A stretch of DNA of 64,000 nucleotides from Gammaproteobacteria bacterium (GTDB lineage: Bacteria; Pseudomonadota; Gammaproteobacteria; GCA-001735895): assembly GCA_050298595.1 (NCBI GenBank), contig JBNKUM010000024.1, positions 64,001 to 128,000 on the forward strand, written 5' to 3'. Position numbers and translations under genes: made by a program. The notes under the pieces were generated by a model that had not been told where the DNA came from, made no database searches, and worked only from the letters and a program-made list of their open reading frames with translations. Shown here piece by piece: positions 42,000 through 50,721 of this stretch. Numbering within the stretch: position 1 is the stretch's first letter; every line of letters begins with the position of its first letter.

Positions 42000-42797
42000 A
42001 TGCAGAGTTTATTGCAACTAGAAGGTCAAATCAGATTATTTTCCTTTCTTGGTATATTCGCATTGATGGCACTCTGGGAAACCAGACAACCCTACCGACA
42101 ACTGCGTTTTAGCCGACGACAACGATGGCCACACCAACTTGGTCTTATTGTTTTAAACAGTTTTATTCTACGCATTGTGTTTCCTACTGCTGCTGCCGGT
42201 AGCGCAATGTATGCGCATCAAAACGAGCTAGGGTTAATGCACCTGCTGGGGTTCAATATCTTCATTGAATCATTTATCGGGTTTGTATTTCTCGATTTTG
42301 CGATTTACTGGCAGCATGTAGTTGCGCATAAACTCAACTGGTTCTGGAAATTGCATCGTACCCATCATGCTGATACCGATTACGATCTGACTACCGGCTT
42401 ACGCTTCCATCCATTGGAGATAATCATCTCCATGTTAATCAAAACAGGGATAATTCTATTACTGGGTATTCCATTACCCGCAGTGGTTTTGTTTGAAATC
42501 GTTTTATCCGGCTCAGCCATGTTTAATCACTCGAATATTGCCCTGCCACATCATATTGACGCGATAGTAAAAAAGATCATCGTCACACCGACCATGCACC
42601 GAATTCATCACTCAACACATCGTTTTGAGCACGATTCAAACTATGGTTTTTTTCTATCCGTGTGGGATCACTGGTTTGCCAGCTATACCGAAAAAGCCAG
42701 TGAAGATGACCGCACTATGCCGATAGGATTATCCAGTTTCCGAGACAGGCAGAATGTCAGCCTGCCCCGGATACTGATAATTCCTTTTAAAAGCTAA
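42000..42797 (+). CDS. Sterol desaturase / fatty acid hydroxylase family protein
   Basis: His boxes HVVAH, HRTHH, RFHPLE, FNHSN, HRIHHS. Confidence 0.92.
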   Translation: MQSLLQLEGQIRLFSFLGIFALMALWETRQPYRQLRFSRRQRWPHQLGLIVLNSFILRIVFPTAAAGSAMYAHQNELGLMHLLGFNIFIESFIGFVFLDFAIYWQHVVAHKLNWFWKLHRTHHADTDYDLTTGLRFHPLEIIISMLIKTGIILLLGIPLPAVVLFEIVLSGSAMFNHSNIALPHHIDAIVKKIIVTPTMHRIHHSTHRFEHDSNYGFFLSVWDHWFASYTEKASEDDRTMPIGLSSFRDRQNVSLPRILIIPFKS

Positions 42798-42802
42798 CGC
42801 CT

Positions 42803-43222
42803 TCAGGGTCGAATGTATGAATAGCCCTGCTGCTGCAGCTCCATGATGCGTAACACACCCGTCGGCACTACCTTAACGCCATTGATCAACTGAGGTTTCT
42901 TGCCGGTTTTTTTCTCCACAGCGTTCATGGTATTGGCACAGGCACTGAAAGTAATATCCTGCATGGCCAGACTGGAAACTCGAGAGGCTTGCGTGCTTTC
43001 ATTCGTCAACAGGCTTAGTCCTGGCCCATAAGCAACAATCTCGACAATGACATTATCTATACCCAAAGACTTCTGCACATTCACTGCATTATTTAATGCC
43101 AGACGCTGTGTAGCAGCATCATTACTACTGACCTGAATAACGAGTTTTTGAGGCTCAGCTGATACGACATTGCTAAACATCAATGCCGCAGCCACAAATA
43201 TTGCTGCAATAATTTTATTCAT
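42803..43222 (-). CDS. Exported DsrE/DsrF-like protein
   Basis: Signal peptide; LALNNAVNV, EIVAYGPGL, FSACANTM, LQQQGYSYIRP. Confidence 0.85.
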   Translation of the reverse strand: MNKIIAAIFVAAALMFSNVVSAEPQKLVIQVSSNDAATQRLALNNAVNVQKSLGIDNVIVEIVAYGPGLSLLTNESTQASRVSSLAMQDITFSACANTMNAVEKKTGKKPQLINGVKVVPTGVLRIMELQQQGYSYIRP

Positions 43223-43359
43223 ATTAACTCCCCCCGGAATTATTGATTAACTATTGAAAACAGCATACAGGCATGTCGCTTTATACCCATAAACAGTTAG
43301 ACGGCTAAACTGTATGCTATATTCCCTGTCTGTTTATTAAAATCACGAAAACAACGACA

Positions 43360-44325
43360 ATGCTTGATACCTGGCCACTACTTAAAGACTCACAGTTCCC
43401 AGACATTCAAAGAAGTAAACTTGAAATCCTTCAGGTCAATCTGGGGTATTTGTGCAATCAAACCTGCCAGCACTGCCATGTCAATGCAGGGCCTAATCGA
43501 ACAGAATTAATAAGCCAGAGCAACATTGATGATTTATTGCACATACTCAGCAATCAGGAAGTTCATACCCTGGACCTGACTGGTGGCGCACCAGAAATGA
43601 ATCCGCTTTTCAAAGAACTGGTAGTAAAAGCAAAGGCGATGGGGAAAAAAGTCCTTGATCGCTGCAACCTAACTATTTTAAGCGAACCGGGTTATCGGGA
43701 TTTAACTGGTTTCCTAGCTAAAAACAAGGTGGAAATTGTTGCCTCCCTGCCCTGTTATCTGGAACAGAATGTTGATGGACAAAGAGGTAAAGGGGTTTAT
43801 CAAAAGAGTATAGACGGGCTCAAAATGCTAAATCAGGCAGGTTATGCCCAGGCTGATTCAGACCTGATACTGAATCTGGTGTACAACCCTACCGGCCCCT
43901 ATCTCCCGCCCGCACAGCAGCAACTGGAAAATGATTATAAAAAGTACCTGAGCGATGAATTTGGCATTCAGTTTAACCATTTATTTACCATCACCAATAT
44001 GCCCATCGCACGTTTTGGCAGCGGCCTGATTTCGCAGGGTAAATTTGAGGAATATATGAATCTGCTGAAGGATTCGATGAACCTCTCCAATCTGAATGGC
44101 GTGATGTGCAGAAATCAGTTAAGTATTGACTGGCAGGGTTTTGTATACGACTGCGACTTTAATCAAATGCTGAACTTGAATTTGAAAAACCCTGAAACCG
44201 GTAACAATCTGCACATTCAGGATTTAGTGCAGATAGGAATCGAGAACCTGCCCATTCTGGTGGCCGACCACTGCTTTGGATGTGTCGCTGGCGCAGGAAG
44301 CAGTTGCGGCGGTGCTCTGGATTAA
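43360..44325 (+). CDS. arsS: ArsS-type radical SAM protein (arsenosugar biosynthesis; rSAM/selenodomain family)
   Basis: LQVNLGYLCNQTCQHCH, DLTGGAPE, ASLPCY, YDCDFNQML, C-terminal HCFGCVAGAGSSCGGAL. Confidence 0.9.
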   Translation: MLDTWPLLKDSQFPDIQRSKLEILQVNLGYLCNQTCQHCHVNAGPNRTELISQSNIDDLLHILSNQEVHTLDLTGGAPEMNPLFKELVVKAKAMGKKVLDRCNLTILSEPGYRDLTGFLAKNKVEIVASLPCYLEQNVDGQRGKGVYQKSIDGLKMLNQAGYAQADSDLILNLVYNPTGPYLPPAQQQLENDYKKYLSDEFGIQFNHLFTITNMPIARFGSGLISQGKFEEYMNLLKDSMNLSNLNGVMCRNQLSIDWQGFVYDCDFNQMLNLNLKNPETGNNLHIQDLVQIGIENLPILVADHCFGCVAGAGSSCGGALD

Positions 44326-44343
44326 ATCCACGCCAATCTATTT

Positions 44344-45015
44344 ATGCGTTTCAGCATTATCATCCCGACACTTAACGAATCCAGCAACCTGTGCTATGCA
44401 TTAGAGCAATTGCTGGACAGTATCGAATGCCTTTCTGAGGTTGAGATTATGATCAGTGATGGTGGTAGTAGCGATGACACCATTCAACTAGCCACGCAAT
44501 ACCCGGTCAAGCTGATCAATGCAGCAAAAGGTCGAGCCCGTCAGATGAACGCCGGAGCGCAACATAGCACTGGCGACTGGCTGGTTTTTCTGCATGCCGA
44601 TACACGCTTACCCGATAACTGGATGGCATTGATAGCGCGTACCGAATCAACCTGGGGACGCTTCGATATTCGCTTAAGCGGCAGCCACTGGATGCTGAGA
44701 ATCATCGAGAAGGCGATCAATCTGCGTTCGCGTAAAACCTCAATAGCTACCGGTGATCAGGCATTATTTTTCCAGCGTGATTTTTTTAACCAGCTCGGAG
44801 GCTTTCCCGATATCCCACTGATGGAAGATATCGCAATGAGCAGTCAGGCTCGAAAGATAAGTACACCCGCCTGTATCAGGCAGGTAGCAATTACATCCAG
44901 CCGACGCTGGGAGCAAAACGGTATTCTGCGCACCATATTACTGATGTGGATGATACGATTTGCTTACTGGCTAGGCGTCAAACCCGACACGCTGCGCCGA
45001 ATTTATTACCCCTGA
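44344..45015 (+). CDS. GT2 glycosyltransferase, TIGR04283-type (ArsS-associated)
   Basis: SIIIPTLNE, DGGSSD, GRARQMNAGA, FLHAD, TGDQ, LMEDI, TSSRRW. Confidence 0.9.
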   Translation: MRFSIIIPTLNESSNLCYALEQLLDSIECLSEVEIMISDGGSSDDTIQLATQYPVKLINAAKGRARQMNAGAQHSTGDWLVFLHADTRLPDNWMALIARTESTWGRFDIRLSGSHWMLRIIEKAINLRSRKTSIATGDQALFFQRDFFNQLGGFPDIPLMEDIAMSSQARKISTPACIRQVAITSSRRWEQNGILRTILLMWMIRFAYWLGVKPDTLRRIYYP

Positions 45016-45016
45016 T

Positions 45017-45625
45017 ATGCCCACAAAGCCAGACACTGTGATTCAACTATTCGCTAAACAACCTGTTCAGGGAGAGGTTAAGACCCGCTTGATTCCGCAA
45101 ATCGGTGAATACAATGCCACTGCCGTCTACCGATATTGCCTGCAATATAATTTAAGCATGACTCAGCAAACCCCATACGACCGGCAGATATGGCTTAATC
45201 GTATGAATGACGATGAAATATTTGCACAGCAGCCCTGCCATCTTCAACAGGGCAAAGACCTTGGTGAAAAGATGTACAACGCTCTGAGTTTTGGCCTGGG
45301 GATGTATTCTAAAACCATATTGATCGGTTCCGACTGTTTAGAGCTGACGCCAGAGATACTTGCCGAGGTCGATACAAAATTATCAGATAACAATCTGGTG
45401 ATAGTCCCAGCGCTGGATGGCGGGTATGTATTGATCGCTGTAAGTCAACCAATAGCATCCGATATTTTTATAGACATAAGCTGGAGTACCGATAGCGTAT
45501 TAAAACAAACATTAACAAAATGCATGCAACACAAAATCAAAACCTTCATACTTGATCCTTTACGGGATATTGATCACGCAGAGGATTTGAAACGCTATCC
45601 CGAACTTGCAATCTATCTTAACTAA
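45017..45625 (+). CDS. TIGR04282/DUF2064-type glycosyltransferase-like protein
   Basis: FAKQPVQGEVKTRL, QQGKDLGEKM, IGSDC, PALDGGYVLI, WST, DID. Confidence 0.9.
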   Translation: MPTKPDTVIQLFAKQPVQGEVKTRLIPQIGEYNATAVYRYCLQYNLSMTQQTPYDRQIWLNRMNDDEIFAQQPCHLQQGKDLGEKMYNALSFGLGMYSKTILIGSDCLELTPEILAEVDTKLSDNNLVIVPALDGGYVLIAVSQPIASDIFIDISWSTDSVLKQTLTKCMQHKIKTFILDPLRDIDHAEDLKRYPELAIYLN

Positions 45626-45635
45626 ACTGATACTC

Positions 45636-46646
45636 ATGCCATCACTATACCCTCTGATCAGGCCTCTGGTTTTCAATCTGGATGCCGAAACCGCTCACGA
45701 AACCAGTCTTGAATTACTCAACAGCCTGCGTTATCTGATCCCTAAACATCGCGTTGAAAAACCAGTGAATGTGATGGGACTGGAATTTCCCAATCCTCTG
45801 GGGCTCGCTGCTGGACTGGATAAAAACGCTGACTTTCTACCCGGACTATCTCGCCTGGGGTTTGGATTTATTGAAGTAGGTACCGTTACACCCAAAGCCC
45901 AGTCGGGCAACCCTAAACCGCGCCTGTTCCGTGTTCCGGAACATCAGAGCATTATTAATCGCATGGGCTTCAACAATCGCGGTGTCGACTACCTGTTACA
46001 CAATATCCGGCAACAGGAAAATCGTGATTATGTACTGGGTATCAATATCGGCAAAAACCTGACCACCTCGATAGATAATGCGCTTGATGACTATAACAAT
46101 GCCTTTTCGCGCGTATACCTGGATGCTGATTACATCACCATCAATATTTCCTCACCTAACACTCCAGGATTGCGTAATCTGCAGGGTGAAGATGCACTTA
46201 AAGATTTGCTTTCGGGAATAGACCAATGTCGTATGGCGCTTCAGGATGTGCATCAGGTTAATCGACCCATAGCTCTAAAAATTGCTCCCGACCTGGATAC
46301 GCGTGCAATACAGCCAATATCCGATCTACTGGTCAAATACAATGTTGATGCGCTGATAGCGACCAATACAACACTGGATCGCGGCCAAATTATCGATCAT
46401 CCATTAGCAACGCAAACCGGTGGATTAAGCGGCAGCGCACTCACCGAAAAATCCCGTACCATCCTGTATCAATTCCACCAGCAACTGCAGAATGAAATTC
46501 CAATCATATCCTCTGGTGGCATAGATAGTGCTGAAGAAGCCCAACTACGACTCGATCTGGGTGCCAAATTAATTCAAATCTACAGCGCATTAATTTTTCA
46601 GGGACCGGGACTAGTTCGCAAAATTACAAATTCAATCACTCTATAG
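45636..46646 (+). CDS. pyrD: Quinone-dependent dihydroorotate dehydrogenase
   Basis: GLAAGLDKN, GNPKPRLFR, NRMGFNN, NISSPNTPGLR, KIAPD, GGLSG. Confidence 0.97.
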   Translation: MPSLYPLIRPLVFNLDAETAHETSLELLNSLRYLIPKHRVEKPVNVMGLEFPNPLGLAAGLDKNADFLPGLSRLGFGFIEVGTVTPKAQSGNPKPRLFRVPEHQSIINRMGFNNRGVDYLLHNIRQQENRDYVLGINIGKNLTTSIDNALDDYNNAFSRVYLDADYITINISSPNTPGLRNLQGEDALKDLLSGIDQCRMALQDVHQVNRPIALKIAPDLDTRAIQPISDLLVKYNVDALIATNTTLDRGQIIDHPLATQTGGLSGSALTEKSRTILYQFHQQLQNEIPIISSGGIDSAEEAQLRLDLGAKLIQIYSALIFQGPGLVRKITNSITL

Positions 46647-46712
46647 TAGTTTTTATTTGAAACTTTATGCTAAGGTTAGTGTCTTAACTTAAATTAACCT
46701 TAGGCATAACAC

Positions 46713-47111
46713 ATGAACGCCGAACAGATTGCGCAGCACTGGATGGATCAATGCTGCATTACCATCCAGCAATATGATCACAATGCACATATGGACCTGA
46801 TATCCAAAGATGTACAGGTTTTCGGTGTACCCGGTTTTGAGGTTATCGGTTATAACGACTGGTTTTCGCAATGCGAATACGAATTCAATGAGAAATTGAT
46901 ACAGCAAGCCAGTTATCAGGGCTTGAAGATACGCCAGAGTAATAAACAGCAGATAATGTTTATGGCCAATGAAACCATAAAGGCAACCGAAGGCACAGTA
47001 GATACACATTCCATAGAGGTCGTATTAAGCAAGGAACAGGACGGTAAATGGAGAGTCACCCAGGAACGTCTGTTGAGTAAGGAAGAAGCCACTCATCTGA
47101 GGATAATCTAA
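46713..47111 (+). CDS. NTF2/SnoaL-like hypothetical protein
   Basis: HMDLISKDV..FG, DGKWRVTQER. Confidence 0.7.
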   Translation: MNAEQIAQHWMDQCCITIQQYDHNAHMDLISKDVQVFGVPGFEVIGYNDWFSQCEYEFNEKLIQQASYQGLKIRQSNKQQIMFMANETIKATEGTVDTHSIEVVLSKEQDGKWRVTQERLLSKEEATHLRII

Positions 47112-47830
47112 TGGGTAATCTCGCAACACTATTAGATGCTCGAGAGTATTTTAATCAGCAACCAGAACAATTACAGGAATACTTCGACCCTGCCTATCAG
47201 GCAGCATTCGCCCATATCATGCAGTCACTGGAACAGTTTTTTAATGTGACTGCCACCATCAACCACCAGGCTGCAGAAAATCAGCCCATTACACATACCG
47301 AAGCCACCGAGATTGGTGAGCATGGTTTTGTCTTATTGCTCAAATTGATCGACCTTATGGAAAAGCTCGACCTGCCGCATAAACGTAAGGAGCTCGAACA
47401 GATATCTTTGATCTTTGCACGCTGGGTTATTCTGTATGGCGGCAAATTGAATCATATAGAACCGATTGTTAATGCTTTTGCTCAAAACGCTAATAATTTG
47501 CAGGATAAACAATCTCTGGTCGCTCTGGTAGAACTGATGGGCATGGTAATTGATGCGAGCGCAGACGAAATCAGGTATGACCTGGACAGCAGCAGCCTGT
47601 ATCGCCCCTGGCGTTTATTGCATATCAATAGAGGTATCGTGGCAACACGTACCAACGATGTCAACATCATGAAAAAAGTGTTTGATGAAATGATTCTATA
47701 TCTCCCACAGGATGCAGCCAGCTTTTTTAGTGAAGGGATGCAGGAGATGGAAGAGCTCGAATACCCGCAAAATGTGCGCAAGGTCATTAAACAGTATTAC
47801 CTGCATCAGCCCAGAGTGAAGCTACACTAA
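47111..47830 (+). CDS. Hypothetical all-helical protein
   Basis: 239 aa, coupled to upstream ORF (TAATG); RPWRLLHINRGIVATR. Confidence 0.75.
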   Translation: MGNLATLLDAREYFNQQPEQLQEYFDPAYQAAFAHIMQSLEQFFNVTATINHQAAENQPITHTEATEIGEHGFVLLLKLIDLMEKLDLPHKRKELEQISLIFARWVILYGGKLNHIEPIVNAFAQNANNLQDKQSLVALVELMGMVIDASADEIRYDLDSSSLYRPWRLLHINRGIVATRTNDVNIMKKVFDEMILYLPQDAASFFSEGMQEMEELEYPQNVRKVIKQYYLHQPRVKLH

Positions 47831-48134
47831 GATCAGCCATAAGCGTATCTGGCTTTTTCGTTAACGATTTCATATTCGAAGCTGAGACCGATAATTTTCA
47901 TCACTGGCACTGCAAAACTCCGATAAGGGACCAGTCCTCTTCCATTTCTGATCACCCAAAGCTGATCCGAGTTTTCGCCTCTACCCCGTTCTGGTAAAAA
48001 TGGTTGCCGAATACCAGGGCACCTTTCTTCTCATCAATCTGAATGTAGATAGAAATAAATCCATATCACGCGAATAGTCAATCACCAATCTTATTGTTAG
48101 CAACGAGTTATGCAGCTCTGCAGCAATATTCATC

Positions 48135-48240
48135 CTGGAATCCGCAGCTGGACGAGTTGTAGTGCGTTTGAGGTGGTGTAGATCAAGGAGTTACAGTGCA
48201 GAGATACGCCGCCGCAAACGCACTGCGGATTCCAGATTCA
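48135..48240. mobile_element. About 100 bp MITE/REP-like element with 13-bp terminal inverted repeats
   Basis: CTGGAATCCGCAG (48135-48147) / CTGCGGATTCCAG (48223-48235); inner stem AGTGCGTTTGAGGTGGTGTA / TACGCCGCCGCAAACGCACT. Confidence 0.75.
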
Positions 48241-48837
48241 AGCTTTAGGCACCAGAGCAACCTCATCGCCATCAAATAATATTTGGTCCAGTGAGGAAAA
48301 CTGCTTATTCACAGTAACCGTCAGATTTTGCTTATGTAGCGACTGCGCCCAGTTTTCACCCTTACCAGACAGGTAATCAATCAGTTGCGACACATTCTGG
48401 ATGGCATCATCAAGTTCCAGCTCCAACGATTCATTTCCTAATAGCTCAACCAGGCCAATAAAAAATAATACCTTAATCCTGCGTCCGCTGGATGCCTCCT
48501 CAAGCTGACTGAGCTGTTGCTGGTATTGTTTCCAATTGCCCTCAAATTGCTCGCTCAGCAGTTTCAGGGTAGACCACGAGTAAACCCCACTATCATGGCC
48601 ATCATCAAATATGATACGAATGGCATAGGAGCCCACTGGTTCGAGAGCATTGATGTTGACATCATTTTTCCCACGGATGATCTGTCCGCGATTTTTTGCC
48701 GCTTTAACCTCAGCTGAAGGAGAGAACACTCGCAGGTATTCACAGGGCAGATGGTATTGCCCACCGTCGCTGAAATGAATTTCCAGTTCACGCGACTTTT
48801 GATGCAATGCAATATGGGTAGGTGTAATCTCGCTCAT
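48238..48837 (-). CDS. DUF971 (GBBH-like N-terminal) - MoaD/ThiS-like fusion
   Basis: LPCEYLRVFSPSAEV, VGSYAIRIIFDDGHDSGVYSW; then IKVLFF...VTVNKQF...DGDEVALVP. Confidence 0.85.
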   Translation of the reverse strand: MSEITPTHIALHQKSRELEIHFSDGGQYHLPCEYLRVFSPSAEVKAAKNRGQIIRGKNDVNINALEPVGSYAIRIIFDDGHDSGVYSWSTLKLLSEQFEGNWKQYQQQLSQLEEASSGRRIKVLFFIGLVELLGNESLELELDDAIQNVSQLIDYLSGKGENWAQSLHKQNLTVTVNKQFSSLDQILFDGDEVALVPKA

Positions 48838-49649
48838 AGAATTTCCAGACTCACTTCATAACCGGCATACTTGCGGATATTAATCACACCATTTTTAAAA
48901 ATCAGATACTGGCCCTTAATCGCCATCAAGGTATCGGCTATTAATGGATTTTTATCCAGATTATAGCTATTGATTTTTTGTGCATAACTCAAGGCCGGAT
49001 AAGAAATATCCAGCTGATTAGCGTCTTCAGCAATAACTTCCACGTCACTTAACAGACTCTCATCAAGAGACATCTTAACTTTAGGCCAGATTTGTTGAAA
49101 TATTTGATACAGGTTTTCTTGCGTATATTGATGCTTCAGCATATTGCGCCAATTGGTCTTATCATTTAACAAACCTTTGAACGCAACCTCTACCAAACCC
49201 GCATGATATCGTTTTGAAACCTTTAATATTGCAAGCGCCTGCACTGCGCCCTGATCTATCCATCGCGTGGGTATTTGTGTATGACGCGTTATTCCCACCT
49301 TAACCCCAGAGGTATTTGACAGGTAAATAATATGATCCTGCATACAATGATCCTCACCCCACTGCGGTTCGCGACAGCTGCCCTGATCAAAATGGCATTT
49401 TTCAGGAGAGACTATGCAGATGTCACATTGTGCAAGCGACCGAAAACAGGGGTAACAGTAGCCCTGATTAAAACTTTTTGTGGTTTTGCGGACGCAATGT
49501 ATACAGTGAATTTTATCAAGCCATTCTAGCTTCAGCTGTTTTCCAACCGCTTCATGCAAATCCACTACAGCATCTTTTAATGCTAACTGGTAATGGACTG
49601 GATCTCCCAGTTGAACATGCATCTTGTGTAAATGACCAGAATATTTCAT
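48834..49649 (-). CDS. DUF2797 protein
   Basis: CIHC..KT.KSFNQGYCYPC, CDICIVSPEKCH, KVGITR, RWIDQGA, DKTNWR. Confidence 0.9.
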   Translation of the reverse strand: MKYSGHLHKMHVQLGDPVHYQLALKDAVVDLHEAVGKQLKLEWLDKIHCIHCVRKTTKSFNQGYCYPCFRSLAQCDICIVSPEKCHFDQGSCREPQWGEDHCMQDHIIYLSNTSGVKVGITRHTQIPTRWIDQGAVQALAILKVSKRYHAGLVEVAFKGLLNDKTNWRNMLKHQYTQENLYQIFQQIWPKVKMSLDESLLSDVEVIAEDANQLDISYPALSYAQKINSYNLDKNPLIADTLMAIKGQYLIFKNGVINIRKYAGYEVSLEIL

Positions 49650-50311
49650 TGCTTAACTTTTAATTTCAAAACAGTTTCTTTAAATGACTGTAAACCTCTC
49701 TCGCGCCAGCGTGGCTCCTTATCAATCATCTCTTCACAGAACAGGGTTTCGATGTGATAGCGCTGCGCATAATAAGAATCAACTTCACTCTGTGTTACGG
49801 AAAAGGGAGGCCCAGCAATCGCATCTTGATCGTACTCCAGCAACACCATCAGCATAGCAGCACGATGAGGAATAATATGCAACATATGCTGGCTATACAG
49901 ATGGCGAATATCAGGCTCGATAGCCACGATGGCCGCTCGATCGTACACCAGAGTACAGGATGACAGATGCCAGGGTTTTAGATCGATAAAATTGCCATGG
50001 TAAAGCTTGATTTTATCACTGTGATAACAGGTGAAATCTTCCATCGATTCAACCTTATAACTCAATTCAGACTCTTCAAAAAAAGACTTAACGGCAACCT
50101 CAGAAAGCTCGACTCCTGAAACAGTAAAGCCCTGATCAGCCAGCCACAGCATATCGACGGTTTTTCCGCACAAAGGTAGAAATATATGATCACCAGGGTT
50201 TAGATCGAATGTAGCTAAAAACTGTTTCAGGTAGCTATTACCTTCTTCTTCGTGAAACCCTGGATTACCTTCTCTGGACCAGAAGTCATGCCAGTTTATC
50301 TTTTGCTCCAT
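49646..50311 (-). CDS. tpm: Thiopurine S-methyltransferase (Se/Te methylating family)
   Basis: FLPLCGKTVDMLWLA, GVELSE, YDRAA, GPPFSV. Confidence 0.92.
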   Translation of the reverse strand: MEQKINWHDFWSREGNPGFHEEEGNSYLKQFLATFDLNPGDHIFLPLCGKTVDMLWLADQGFTVSGVELSEVAVKSFFEESELSYKVESMEDFTCYHSDKIKLYHGNFIDLKPWHLSSCTLVYDRAAIVAIEPDIRHLYSQHMLHIIPHRAAMLMVLLEYDQDAIAGPPFSVTQSEVDSYYAQRYHIETLFCEEMIDKEPRWRERGLQSFKETVLKLKVKQ

Positions 50312-50390
50312 AATAAAGTCCCGCAAAACTATTTAAACAACTAGCTTAACGAATTAACCAGGCAAAGAAAAACAGGATTTATAGGGGATT

Positions 50391-50416
50391 ACGGCAGTAT
50401 CGAGTGATACTGCCGT
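50391..50416 (-). terminator. Hairpin after the DUF2892 gene
   Basis: ACGGCAGTATC-gagt-GATACTGCCGT perfect 11-bp stem; no clear U tract. Confidence 0.6.
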
Positions 50417-50425
50417 GGGGGTAAT

Positions 50426-50635
50426 TTAATCGGCTTTAGTACCGCAGGTATTAATACCCAGCAGTGCATAAGGAGGACACCAGCTAAGGACAGCCGTACC
50501 CAGCAATACCGCACCAACTACTAGAGCAACAATCCCTAAAGTGCCTTCGACCAGACCTAAAGCAAAAGCAGCGATAGCTGCGATTCCCACAAGACCGCGA
50601 ATTATACGATCAATCGTACCTACATTTTTTTTCAT
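50426..50635 (-). CDS. DUF2892 (YgaP-like) membrane protein
   Basis: MKKNVGTIDRIIR...WCPPYALLGINTC; GGAG RBS before ATG at 50635. Confidence 0.92.
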   Translation of the reverse strand: MKKNVGTIDRIIRGLVGIAAIAAFALGLVEGTLGIVALVVGAVLLGTAVLSWCPPYALLGINTCGTKAD

Positions 50636-50691
50636 GATAGTTCTCCAATGAGTTAAAGCGCTAGTGTATGCCCTCAACCACAGGCAAGTCG

Positions 50692-50704
50692 GTGACAATG
50701 TCAC
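50692..50704. promoter_or_regulatory. Candidate binding site of the adjacent Crp/Fnr regulator
   Basis: GTGAC-AAT-GTCAC palindrome 57 bp upstream of the DUF2892 start. Confidence 0.55.
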
Positions 50705-50721
50705 TTAAAGAGGAAATATAC

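Noticed and set aside
44290-44325. Selenocysteine at the ArsS C-terminal GSSxGG motif
   Set aside because: The codon is TGC (Cys) and the gene ends in TAA, so no recoding is needed.
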